The notes: generated from the sequence alone by a model not told the origin. 12,939 nucleotides of DNA from Candidatus Altiarchaeales archaeon IMC4 (GCA_001742785.1 MCBF01000001.1:511517-524455); one strand, 5' to 3'. Positions 1 through 7,395 are shown, counted from the first letter of the stretch. Made by a program: numbers and translations.

Positions 1-1
1 G

Positions 2-343
2 TGGCCTTTCGACAAGTTCCCGGATGCCGACAGGACGCTGGGCACGCAGATGAAGTCAACGGGCGAGGTTATGGCAATCGGCCGCACGTTCGAGGAGGCC
101 CTCCAGAAGGCCGTGCGCTCGCTTGATATCGGAAAGAACGGTCTTGAGGGAACCGGTGAGAAGGACATGAGGGTAATAAAGGAGAACCTCATAACCGCCA
201 CGGACCGGCGGCTTTACTACATAGTCGACGCACTGGACTGCGGCATGGATATCGGGGAGGTTTCGCGCCTCACGCAAATCGACAAGTACTTCATAACGAA
301 GATAGCCAATATTCTCAAACAGCGCGAGTGTATTAGTATTTAA
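2..343 (+). CDS. carB: Carbamoyl-phosphate synthase large subunit, 3' end of an N-terminal-half (carB1-like) gene; 5' truncated by the window edge
   Basis: The frame from nt 2 reads WPFDKFPDADRTLGTQMKSTGEVMAIGRTFEEALQKAVRSL...TDRRLY..., the conserved CarB ATP-grasp/oligomerisation-domain junction. It stops at TAA 341-343, well before the second synthetase half. Confidence 0.92.
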   Translation, partial: WPFDKFPDADRTLGTQMKSTGEVMAIGRTFEEALQKAVRSLDIGKNGLEGTGEKDMRVIKENLITATDRRLYYIVDALDCGMDIGEVSRLTQIDKYFITKIANILKQRECISI

Positions 344-368
344 CTGTTTCTGACACATACTCTTAAAC

Positions 369-554
369 AGCGGGGTTGAACTGCCAGCAGCCTTTTTCTT
401 TCTCTGCCAGAAAGAAAAACGCTGGCGAAAAAGAAAGAGGGCAGCCGCCTGCTGATTACATAGCGGGGTTGAGCTGCCAGCAGCCTTTTTCTTTCTCTGC
501 CAGAAAGAAAAACGCTGGCGAAAAAGAAAGAGGGCAGCCGCCTGCTGATTACAT
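369..554 (+). repeat. Tandem direct repeat, 2 x 93 bp (369-461, 462-554), each unit starting with a copy of the tRNA-iMet 5' 19 nt
   Basis: The units are identical at 92/93 positions (A380 vs G473). Unit starts AGCGGGGTTGAACTGCCAG and AGCGGGGTTGAGCTGCCAG compare with tRNA AGCGGGGTTGAGCAGCCAG (555-573). Each unit has a perfect internal 11-bp inverted repeat TTTTTCTTTCT/AGAAAGAAAAA (393-403/409-419 and 486-496/502-512). Confidence 0.97.
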
Positions 555-629
555 AGCGGGGTTGAGCAGCCAGGAGTGCTCGTCGGGCTCATAACCCGAA
601 GGTCGGTGGTTCAAATCCACTCCCCGCTA
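555..629 (+). tRNA. Initiator tRNA-Met (CAT)
   Basis: Acceptor stem AGCGGGG/CCCCGCT with A1-U72; D stem GAGC/GCTC; anticodon arm TCGGG-CTCATAA-CCCGA with three consecutive G-C pairs (CAT at 590-592); T arm GGTGG-TTCAAAT-CCACT; discriminator A629; CCA not encoded. Confidence 0.97.
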
Positions 630-630
630 A

Positions 631-641
631 CCTTTTTCTTT
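631..641 (+). terminator. Putative archaeal oligo-T terminator after tRNA-iMet
   Basis: CCTTTTTCTTT lies immediately 3' of the tRNA. Confidence 0.45.
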
Positions 642-680
642 AACGTGAAGACCCGAGGACCTGAAGACACGCAGACCTGC

Positions 681-791
681 TCATGTGATAACCCTGAACG
701 TGAGCCAAGTCCAGAACGCCAGAAAAAGCAAAAGCCCTATAAACAGCATAATGTCCCTCTGGGTTATGTCGTCGCGCAGCTGGAGTTTCAT
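681..791 (-). CDS. Small single-pass membrane protein, 36 aa (MKLQLRDDITQRDIMLFIGLLLFLAFWTWLTFRVIT), below the ORF-track size cutoff
   Basis: Manual translation: ATG at 791-789, TGA at 683-681. A charged N-terminus is followed by about 19 uninterrupted hydrophobic residues. An AT-rich, promoter-like region lies upstream (792-877). Confidence 0.6.
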   Translation of the reverse strand: MKLQLRDDITQRDIMLFIGLLLFLAFWTWLTFRVIT

Positions 792-877
792 TTTGGGATG
801 TTTATATTATGCATTCTGGGAATAAAAGTGTTTTATTATCATAGTCCAATATCTAAAATACCACAAATAAACAAAAG

Positions 878-1699
878 ATGTACGTAACAAAGGCCGACGG
901 CAGACTGGAAAAATTCGACTTCTACAAGATAGTGCGCACCTGCAAAAGGTCAGGCGTCCCCCAAAACGAGGCCGAAAGAATCGCAGGCGAGATCGAAAGG
1001 CAGGCATATGACGGCATTCCGACCCGCGACCTCTTGAACATAATCCTCACGCACCTCGAAAAAAGGAATGCGGGCTATGCATCGAGATACGATTTGAAGG
1101 GTGCGATTATGCGCCTCGGTCCATCTGGGTTTGCATTCGAGAAGTTTATCGCGGAACTCTTCAGGATTATGGGCTACTCTACCCAAACCAACGTGATCGT
1201 GCAGGGCCGCTGCGTACCGCACGAGGTCGACGTTGTTGCCGAAAAGGACTGCAAAAGGTACATGATCGAGTGCAAATACCGCAATCTTCCGGGCGTGTAC
1301 ATCGGAATCCAAAAGGCGCTGTACGTCTGGGCGAGGTTCGAGGACATCCGGGACGGCTCTGATGCCGGCAAGTGCATAAAGTTCGATGTCCCTTACCTGG
1401 TGTGCAACACGAAGTTCTCGGACGACGTGATCCAATATGCGTCGTGCAGGGGGCTTAAGGTGATGGGCTGGAGCTACCCGGAGGGCGCAAGCATTTCGGA
1501 CATCCTGAATGAAAAAAAGATTTACCCCGTTACCGTCCTCAGGAGCATCGACACCCGCATGATAGGCCTTCTTGCGGATGCTAACATGATGTTCTGCAGC
1601 GACTTGAGCGAGGAAAAACTGGCAGGGCTCGGAATTTCTAAAAAACGGGTTCAGGACATCATGGATGAAGTCAGGGGCGTATTGAAGGACATGGTCTGA
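878..1699 (+). CDS. ATP-cone domain fused to an Mrr-like PD-(D/E)xK restriction-endonuclease domain
   Basis: The N-terminus MYVTKADGRLEKFDFYKI...IPTRDL matches the ATP-cone pattern (V.K.DG..E.F...KI). The centre has GFAFEKFIAELF...GY...HEVDVVAEK...MIECK, the Mrr_cat-type D..ExK catalytic motif. Confidence 0.85.
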   Translation: MYVTKADGRLEKFDFYKIVRTCKRSGVPQNEAERIAGEIERQAYDGIPTRDLLNIILTHLEKRNAGYASRYDLKGAIMRLGPSGFAFEKFIAELFRIMGYSTQTNVIVQGRCVPHEVDVVAEKDCKRYMIECKYRNLPGVYIGIQKALYVWARFEDIRDGSDAGKCIKFDVPYLVCNTKFSDDVIQYASCRGLKVMGWSYPEGASISDILNEKKIYPVTVLRSIDTRMIGLLADANMMFCSDLSEEKLAGLGISKKRVQDIMDEVRGVLKDMV

Positions 1700-1706
1700 A
1701 TGCCCC

Positions 1707-4010
1707 CTATCTCTCCGGCTCAACCGCGCTGCTCCACTTACTCCTCAGCTCGTCAAGTGGAAGGTTTAGTTTTATATTCGAGTCTATAATGACGATGTTT
1801 TTTTCCTTTGTGACCGCCCCTATTCTTCTTGCATCGACAATCCTCTCGAACTCCTTTTCATCGCCTTTTTTGACCTCGACGAGCCAGCGGCCGTTGCTTT
1901 CCGAAAACATTTTGAAGTCAGTGCGAAGGCCACTGATACCAGTCAGATCAATCTTTGCGCCGAGGTTCCCGCCGAAGCACATTTCTGCGATTGCAACGAT
2001 CAGGCCGCCTTCGGACAGGTCGTGGCACGAGCGGACGATGCCCTTGCCCATACTTTTCCGCAAGTCCTGCGAATCCTTCTTTGTCCTGCCGGGCTGAACC
2101 CTCGGCACGACCCCTGCGGCAAGCCCAAGTGTCCTGTAATACTGCGAGCCTCCGAGCTCTTTTTCGGTCTGCCCGACAAGGTAGATCGAGTTGTCTGCCT
2201 CCTTGATGTCCGAGGATATCGCCTGCCTTACGTCTTCGACAATCCCAACGCCCATCAGCGCCGGCGTAGGTGCTACCGGCCCCATCGAGGATTCGTTGTA
2301 GAGGCTGACGTTGCCCGAGACAAAGGGGACGCCGAAGCCGTTGGCCGCAAAATACAGGCCCTCGCACGCGGAAACGAAATCGCCCATTATCTCTTCTTTT
2401 TCGGGATTTCCGAAATTCAGGCAGTCTGCCATGGAGTGCGGTGCTGCGTTCACGGCCGTCAGGTTCCTGATTACCTCGTCAACCGCCGAGGCCGAGCCCC
2501 AATACGGGTTCTGCCTGCACATCCGCGGGTTAACGTCCGCGGTTATCGCAAGCCCCCTGAAGCTTTTTTCAAGGGGTTTTATCACCGCGGCATCGCCGTG
2601 TGTCTCGTGGTTTATTATGCCCTGCATCGGCTTCAGAACCGTTGCCGCCCGAACCTCGTGGTCGTAGCGGCGTATCACGGATTCGCGGCTTCCGACGCTT
2701 GCAGAGCCAAGGACGTCAAGGACCGCCTTGTTCAAATCAGGCATGTCGAAAGCCGGGTCTTTTTCATTTCTTTCCACCACCTTGTATTTGCGCTCGTATC
2801 TGACGCCCTTGTTGAGGAACTCAAGGTCAAGGTCAAGGACGGTTTTCCCCTTATATGTCGCCTTTATCCGGCTTGACCCGTCGACCGCCCCGATAACACC
2901 TGCAGGAACGTCCCAGAAGTCGAAAACCTCAAGCACCTTTCGTGCGTTTTCTGGCCTTGCTGCAAGCATCATCCGCTCCTGGCTTTCGGAGACCCATATC
3001 TCCCACGGTTTTATGCCCTTCTCCTTGAGCGGGATTTCGTCAAGGTTCACGGTTGCGCCCATCCCGCCTGCGTGCGCCATCTCGCTTGAAACGCATGACA
3101 GGCCGCCGCCGCCGAAGTCTTTCATCCCCGTGATAAGGCCTTTATCGTTCACCTCGAGGCAGGCGTGGATAAGGGGCTCCTTCATTATCGCGTATCCTAG
3201 CTGGACTGCCGGGATGTCCTTTTCGCTTTCCCTGGAAAGTTCCGCGGATGCGAATGTTACGCCGTGGATGCCGTCGCGGCCGGTCTTCCCACCGGCGACT
3301 ATGTAAACGTCCCCCGGCGCCCCTGCCCTGCTGTGGGTTACCTTGTCCTTTCTCACCATGCCGATGCATCCGACGTTCACAAGGCAGTTGCCGACGTATG
3401 ATTCGTCAAACGCAACCATTCCCGCAACCGTCGGAATCCCGACGCGGTTCCCGTAATCGGCGATCCCTTTTACTACGCCCTGAAAGAGATACTTGGGCCT
3501 TTTGGTTCCCTTGGGGAGAGAGCCTTCGGGGAAATCCAGCGGCCCGAAGAATATAGGGTCGACAAGCGCAACAGGCTGGGCGCCCATGCACACGACGTCC
3601 CGCAGGATTCCGCCGATTCCCGTTGCGGCGCCCCCATAAGGGTCAAGGGCGGAGGGGTGGTTATGGGATTCGAGCGCCACGACATAGGCATACTCCTCGT
3701 CAAAATCAACGATTGCAGCATCCTCGGAAATGACGCATATGTTCTGCGGCGCGTTTATGCAGAAGACGGTCTTCTCAAGGACGGGCCTCGAGCTCTTGTA
3801 GCAGCAGTGCTCGCTCCATGACTGCGCGAGGGCTTCAAGCTCAACGTCGGTCGGGTTTCTGCCCTCCCCTTTGAAATATGCCTTTATCTTCAGCATCTCC
3901 TGCCTGCTCAGGCCGAGGCAGCGCCCCGTGCTTATCCCGTCCAGTTCTTTGTCATCCGCGCCCAGAATGTCTATCTCATAGACGCCTTCTGCGATTTCTT
4001 TGTAGACCAT
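1707..4010 (-). CDS. purL: Phosphoribosylformylglycinamidine synthase subunit PurL (small form)
   Basis: 767 aa with motifs [61 protein letters not shown] and HDLSEGG. Confidence 0.98.
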   Translation of the reverse strand: MVYKEIAEGVYEIDILGADDKELDGISTGRCLGLSRQEMLKIKAYFKGEGRNPTDVELEALAQSWSEHCCYKSSRPVLEKTVFCINAPQNICVISEDAAIVDFDEEYAYVVALESHNHPSALDPYGGAATGIGGILRDVVCMGAQPVALVDPIFFGPLDFPEGSLPKGTKRPKYLFQGVVKGIADYGNRVGIPTVAGMVAFDESYVGNCLVNVGCIGMVRKDKVTHSRAGAPGDVYIVAGGKTGRDGIHGVTFASAELSRESEKDIPAVQLGYAIMKEPLIHACLEVNDKGLITGMKDFGGGGLSCVSSEMAHAGGMGATVNLDEIPLKEKGIKPWEIWVSESQERMMLAARPENARKVLEVFDFWDVPAGVIGAVDGSSRIKATYKGKTVLDLDLEFLNKGVRYERKYKVVERNEKDPAFDMPDLNKAVLDVLGSASVGSRESVIRRYDHEVRAATVLKPMQGIINHETHGDAAVIKPLEKSFRGLAITADVNPRMCRQNPYWGSASAVDEVIRNLTAVNAAPHSMADCLNFGNPEKEEIMGDFVSACEGLYFAANGFGVPFVSGNVSLYNESSMGPVAPTPALMGVGIVEDVRQAISSDIKEADNSIYLVGQTEKELGGSQYYRTLGLAAGVVPRVQPGRTKKDSQDLRKSMGKGIVRSCHDLSEGGLIVAIAEMCFGGNLGAKIDLTGISGLRTDFKMFSESNGRWLVEVKKGDEKEFERIVDARRIGAVTKEKNIVIIDSNIKLNLPLDELRSKWSSAVEPER

Positions 4011-4057
4011 CTTTAGAAAGGTATATATTATATTAACAAACCGATAATTTAAGAAAA
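4011..4057. promoter_or_regulatory. Divergent promoter region between purL and trkH
   Basis: 47-bp AT-rich spacer containing TATATATTATATTAA between two head-to-head start codons. Confidence 0.55.
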
Positions 4058-5551
4058 ATGCCCATGATGCGAAAAGATGACTGGTCGCTTGTCATAAAAA
4101 CGACCGGCGAGGTACTCATGGTTATGGGAATCGTGCTTTTGGTTCCCGGAATCATAGCCGCAGTTTACGGCTTTACGAGTGAAACTGGAAAATCAGAGAT
4201 AATTCACGCCATTGTCTTTCTTTCACCCGGCCTCTTGTGCCTGCTTGCCGGATACTTCATGAAAAAACGCTTTGACATAAAGCACCCCCTTGAGACAAAG
4301 CACGCGTTCATAACATCCGCGTTGGTGTGGCTCGTAATCCCCCTTTTTGGTACAGTACCCTTCCTTGCAGAAGAGTCGTTGGGCTTTTCACCGCTTGACT
4401 GCTATTTCGAGAGCATATCTGGTTTCACAACAATCGGCATGACATTTATTGACGACCTTGATAACACATATAAGCCGCTACTTTTCTACCGCAGTTTCAT
4501 GCAATGGATAGGCGGTGTCGGGATAATCGTGCTTTTCCTTATGGCGTTCACACGAAGCGGAACAGCGCTTTCGCATTTGTACAAATCCGAGGCGCGCGCT
4601 GACCGCATAAAGCCCTCGATGACGGGCACCGCAATTGAGATATGGAAGATATACGGCTTCTATACGATAGCGTGCGCTCTGCTTTTGTTCATTGCAGGTA
4701 TCCCGTTTTTCGAGGCCGAAAACCACGCGATGACCGCCGTCTCAACGGGCGGCTTTTCAACGCACGGTGCGAGCATGGCCACATTTAACGGAAACCCGTT
4801 TGTCATGCCGGTAATAATGTTCTTTATGGTAATCGGCTCGCTGAGCTTCTTTCTGCACTTCAGGATATTGGGCGGCGAGTTCTCCGCAATATTGAAGAGC
4901 GAAGAATTCCGGTTTCTCACATTGGTGATACTTGCGGCAACCGCCCTCGTGTGCGCAGACCTTGCATTAACCAGCGGCAGTTTGCCAATGGCCTTGCATG
5001 ACGGCGTATTTCAGGTTATTGCAACGGTAACCACCACAGGATATACGATAACGGATATAAGCCAGTGGAGTGCGTTCTCAAAGACAATCCTGATTGCGCT
5101 GATGGTGATCGGCGGCGGATACGGTTCAACAAGCGGAGGTATAAAGGCATTGCGGGCGCTGATTCTGATTAAGGTGACATGGCAGTCTCTAAGGAGGTTC
5201 TCACTCCCGAAAAGCGCGGTCGTGCCAGTAAAGATAATGGGCAGGAGCTTAACTGAAGAGGACATCAAGTTTACCATGGGCTTAACGACAATGTATGTGG
5301 TGCTTATGCTAGCCGGGGTTTTGGTGTTTGTAACTCTCGACTACGGCGGAACCAATATATCCGGCCTTGACGCGCTTTCGATAAGCGTTTCGTCGCTGAG
5401 CAACGTAGGCCCGACGTTCCTGCCAGATGACGTATGGTTTGCGATGCCGGGCGCGGGAAAGATAATGACGATAATACTTCTCTATGCGGGCAGGCTCGAG
5501 ATATTCCCGGTGTTCGTGATGCTGGCGGCGCTTCTTGGCAGGAGGCGGTAA
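4058..5551 (+). CDS. trkH: Trk-type potassium uptake membrane protein
   Basis: 497-aa polytopic membrane protein with pore-loop motifs [30 protein letters not shown] and SSLSNVGP, plus [17 protein letters not shown] and GRLEIFP. The start could be the ATG at 4064 or 4067. Confidence 0.96.
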   Translation: MPMMRKDDWSLVIKTTGEVLMVMGIVLLVPGIIAAVYGFTSETGKSEIIHAIVFLSPGLLCLLAGYFMKKRFDIKHPLETKHAFITSALVWLVIPLFGTVPFLAEESLGFSPLDCYFESISGFTTIGMTFIDDLDNTYKPLLFYRSFMQWIGGVGIIVLFLMAFTRSGTALSHLYKSEARADRIKPSMTGTAIEIWKIYGFYTIACALLLFIAGIPFFEAENHAMTAVSTGGFSTHGASMATFNGNPFVMPVIMFFMVIGSLSFFLHFRILGGEFSAILKSEEFRFLTLVILAATALVCADLALTSGSLPMALHDGVFQVIATVTTTGYTITDISQWSAFSKTILIALMVIGGGYGSTSGGIKALRALILIKVTWQSLRRFSLPKSAVVPVKIMGRSLTEEDIKFTMGLTTMYVVLMLAGVLVFVTLDYGGTNISGLDALSISVSSLSNVGPTFLPDDVWFAMPGAGKIMTIILLYAGRLEIFPVFVMLAALLGRRR

Positions 5552-5587
5552 TGCTTATCTTTACAAACAACCAAATTACCTAAGTAA

Positions 5588-6385
5588 ATGAAATTATCGA
5601 TGCTCAATCTTTTTAAAAGGAAGACGCCGGAACCCGTAGAAAAGAAACTAACTCGCGCAGATATTGAAAAGATTATCAAGCGCAGGAAACTGATAAAGAC
5701 TGAAAAGGACGAGTTAGTCAAAAAAAGGAGATATCTTCAGGAAATAGCACGATTCAAGGCAATAGACCACCTAGTGGATATCGTGAAGGAGAACAAAACG
5801 ATTACGTTTGAGACTGCCAGAAAGACGCTTGGTGTAAGCGATAACCTGATGAACGATTTCGTCCACGCCCTGGCCGAACGCAACATCATATACGTTGAGC
5901 ATAAACTCATGGGGAAGCCCGTTATACGGATAGGAAAAATGGAGTACGACCTCACAGTAAAAGAGAAGGTTTACATCTCGCTGATAAGGGGCGACATAGA
6001 GCGCAAGCGGATTGAGGCGATGATGGGGGGTAAGACCGAGACTGCAAGGCCTCAGGAGCGAAAGCGCAGGAAGAAAGAGGAAATTGAGAAGGAAAACGAG
6101 GAATTAAAGGCCATTGTAAGGGGGGTAACGGCTGCGCGCAAGGAGAAGTACAAGGCCAAAAAAGAAGGAGGGGCGGTGCAAATAAAAGTGAGGGAGGCAG
6201 CACCGAGGGAGGAGGTTGAGAAGGTCCTGAAGGAACTGGTGGAGTCCAAGAGGCAGAGATACCAGAAGAAGAAGGAAAGCGAAGGCAACGGCGCCCCGAA
6301 GGATACGCCCGCACCCGTCGAAACCAGTACGGATAAAGACAAAGAAACGGGGCCTGACAAAACCGGCGAGAAACCTGCAGAGTGA
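5588..6385 (+). CDS. Hypothetical Lys/Glu-rich protein with a probable winged-helix domain and coiled-coil/disordered C-terminus
   Basis: 265-aa ORF. The segment IDHLVDIVKENKTITFETARKTLGVSDNLMNDFVHALAERNIIYVE has wHTH-like periodicity; the rest is highly charged. Confidence 0.75.
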   Translation: MKLSMLNLFKRKTPEPVEKKLTRADIEKIIKRRKLIKTEKDELVKKRRYLQEIARFKAIDHLVDIVKENKTITFETARKTLGVSDNLMNDFVHALAERNIIYVEHKLMGKPVIRIGKMEYDLTVKEKVYISLIRGDIERKRIEAMMGGKTETARPQERKRRKKEEIEKENEELKAIVRGVTAARKEKYKAKKEGGAVQIKVREAAPREEVEKVLKELVESKRQRYQKKKESEGNGAPKDTPAPVETSTDKDKETGPDKTGEKPAE

Positions 6386-6459
6386 ACGGATTATTCTTAA
6401 TGCCCCGTTAAATGTTCCGCCAGCAGGGTACTCTGCATGCGCCCATGATGGTCTAAGAA

Positions 6460-6533
6460 TGGGCCTTCCCTGATTCGAACAGGGGATCCCCGCCTTGTAA
6501 AGGCGGTGTCATAACCAACTAGACCAAAGGCCC
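6460..6533 (-). tRNA. tRNA-Val (TAC)
   Basis: Reverse complement GGGCCTTTGGTCTAGTTGGTTATGACACCGCCTTTACAAGGCGGGGATCCCCTGTTCGAATCAGGGAAGGCCCA: acceptor GGGCCTT/AAGGCCC, anticodon arm CCGCC-TTTACAA-GGCGG, T arm CCCTG-TTCGAAT-CAGGG. A TATA-like CTTTTAAT lies about 30 nt upstream (6561-6568). Confidence 0.97.
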
Positions 6534-6577
6534 TAAGAAATTAATTATTGTGCGGAAGTGATTAAAAGGATGGATCG

Positions 6578-6623
6578 AATAATCTGCCCCACAAACCAGT
6601 CCCTGTCGAACTTTTTGAGGTCG
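6578..6623 (-). repeat. Displaced copy of the ftsY 3' end (att-like direct repeat, distal copy)
   Basis: AATAATCTGCCCCACAAACCAGTCCCTGTCGAACTTTTTGAGGTCG matches 7430-7475 at 45/46 positions. It encodes DLKKFDRDWFVGQII on the minus strand. Confidence 0.95.
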
Positions 6624-6701
6624 TCGCAATCAAATCATTTTTTTCTTTTTTTCCAAAAACCCACTAACCAACCAATATTTCGTTACGTCAACAGAATTAT
6701 C

Positions 6702-6983
6702 TCATTTGTAAATCCTGTCGTGGTGGTCGTAATCAAGAAAAAGAATAAAATTTTTGTCCTTGTCTACGCGGAAGGTTATTACGAACGGCCCGTCTATGTG
6801 GACGCGCTTTCTGTCGGACATTTCGTGGCGCAGGTTCTTGTAACGCGAATCGATAGCATTATATTCGGTTTGGACTATCTCTTTTATCTTCCGGTTGATT
6901 ACCTCGACTTTTTTCTTGTCCTTTTTAACAAGTTTTTTTATCTTGAACTTCAGCTTATCGGTCAAATCGTAGTCAAAAGCCAT
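6702..6983 (-). CDS. RelE/ParE-superfamily (YafQ-like) mRNA interferase toxin, 93-aa core; an alternative in-frame start at 7100 adds 39 aa
   Basis: MAFDYDLTDKLKFKIKKLVKKDKK...RYKNLRHEMSDRKRVHIDGPFVITFRVD...FLDYDHHDRIYK. The YKNL, RVHI and DHHD.IY pattern is typical of archaeal RelE-like toxins, and the gene lies directly downstream of an antitoxin. Confidence 0.85.
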   Translation of the reverse strand: MAFDYDLTDKLKFKIKKLVKKDKKKVEVINRKIKEIVQTEYNAIDSRYKNLRHEMSDRKRVHIDGPFVITFRVDKDKNFILFLDYDHHDRIYK

Positions 6984-7099
6984 TACACGCGAATTTCTTT
7001 TCGGAAATTCGGTGTCATCGAAACTGCAAAGCAGTTTCGGGACACCATTTGCCTTTCGCAAATGCGTGTACTGAATTTGCTCTTTTTTTGGCAAGTTCA
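6984..7099. repeat. Highly structured palindromic insertion (four-way junction plus hairpin) between antitoxin and toxin
   Basis: Outer stem TACACGC/GCGTGTA (6984-6990/7064-7070) encloses three arms: GAATTTC/GAAATTC (6991-7010), GGTGTC-AT-CGAAACTGC/GCAGTTTCG-G-GACACC (7011-7046) and ATTTGC/GCAAAT (7047-7063). A further hairpin TGAATTTGC/GCAAGTTCA spans 7072-7099. CATTA flanks it at 6981-6985 and 7098-7102. Confidence 0.9.
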
Positions 7100-7351
7100 T
7101 TATAGTTCGCAAAGCGCATCGAGTTCATCATTGCTCATGCCCCCGTAGCCGTATTTTTTGATGTGTTCGTCGTACATATTGTCCAGTTCTTTAACATAGT
7201 TCTCTGAAGCTTCCCTCTCCACGAATTCATTGCCGTACATATTGACGAACTTGTTTAGGGCCTCGGATTTGTCTTTGAGGGCGTATTTCCCTTTAATTAC
7301 GTTCAGAACTCGGTTCGAATAATCGTCCAGATTTACGCGTGCATATACCAT
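7100..7351 (-). CDS. DUF2683-like (ribbon-helix-helix-type) antitoxin, about 83 aa
   Basis: MVYARVNLDDYSNRVLNVIKGKYALKDKSEALNKFV... matches the archaeal DUF2683 pattern (NR.LN.IK.KY.LKDKS.A) and has an acidic C-terminus. An SD GAGGTG (7358-7363) lies 6 nt before the ATG at 7351; ATG 7354 is an alternative start. Confidence 0.85.
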   Translation of the reverse strand: MVYARVNLDDYSNRVLNVIKGKYALKDKSEALNKFVNMYGNEFVEREASENYVKELDNMYDEHIKKYGYGGMSNDELDALCEL

Positions 7352-7363
7352 CATGTTCACCTC

Positions 7364-7395
7364 ATGTGTATATCATATGCACATTATTATATAAA
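7364..7395 (-). promoter_or_regulatory. TA operon promoter: TATA box plus palindromic operator
   Basis: Minus-strand TTTATATA (7388-7395) is followed by the inverted repeat ATGTGTATAT-C-ATATGCACAT (7364-7384, 9/10 match), which covers the expected transcription start. Confidence 0.7.

Noticed and set aside
369..573. CRISPR array interpretation of the repeats
   Set aside because: The 74-nt sequences between the 19-nt repeats are identical rather than unique spacers, the repeat is the tRNA 5' end, and no cas genes are present.
56..594. ORFs 56..592 (-) and 376..594 (+) with repeated peptides
   Set aside because: They are by-products of a 93-bp (31-codon) repeat, overlap carB and the tRNA, and have no protein-like features.
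369..629. tRNA-iMet with a D-loop intron or split-tRNA halves
   Set aside because: A complete uninterrupted tRNA exists at 555-629. The upstream 5' copies lose the conserved A14, copy 1 also breaks the D stem, and I could not identify a bulge-helix-bulge motif.
576..887. 103-aa plus-strand ORF
   Set aside because: It starts inside the tRNA and is antisense to the more plausible 36-aa membrane peptide.
1698..1709. Similar GAATGCCC(C)TA motif just after the purL and ftsY (7420-7429) stop codons, with AATGCCCC near 6400
   Set aside because: The match is only 8-10 bp with too few instances to distinguish from chance.
1789..3721. Multiple overlapping ORFs within purL (likewise within trkH, ftsY, aroB' and moxR)
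   Set aside because: They are alternative-frame or antisense shadows of confidently identified genes.
6460..6533. tRNA-Val as the attachment site of the TA cassette
   Set aside because: No duplicated tRNA-Val fragment is visible, the cassette lies upstream of the tRNA, and the duplication involves ftsY.
6558..7148. 196-aa hydrophobic plus-strand ORF across the TA cassette
   Set aside because: It is the antisense shadow of the Lys-rich toxin gene, and I recognise no family.
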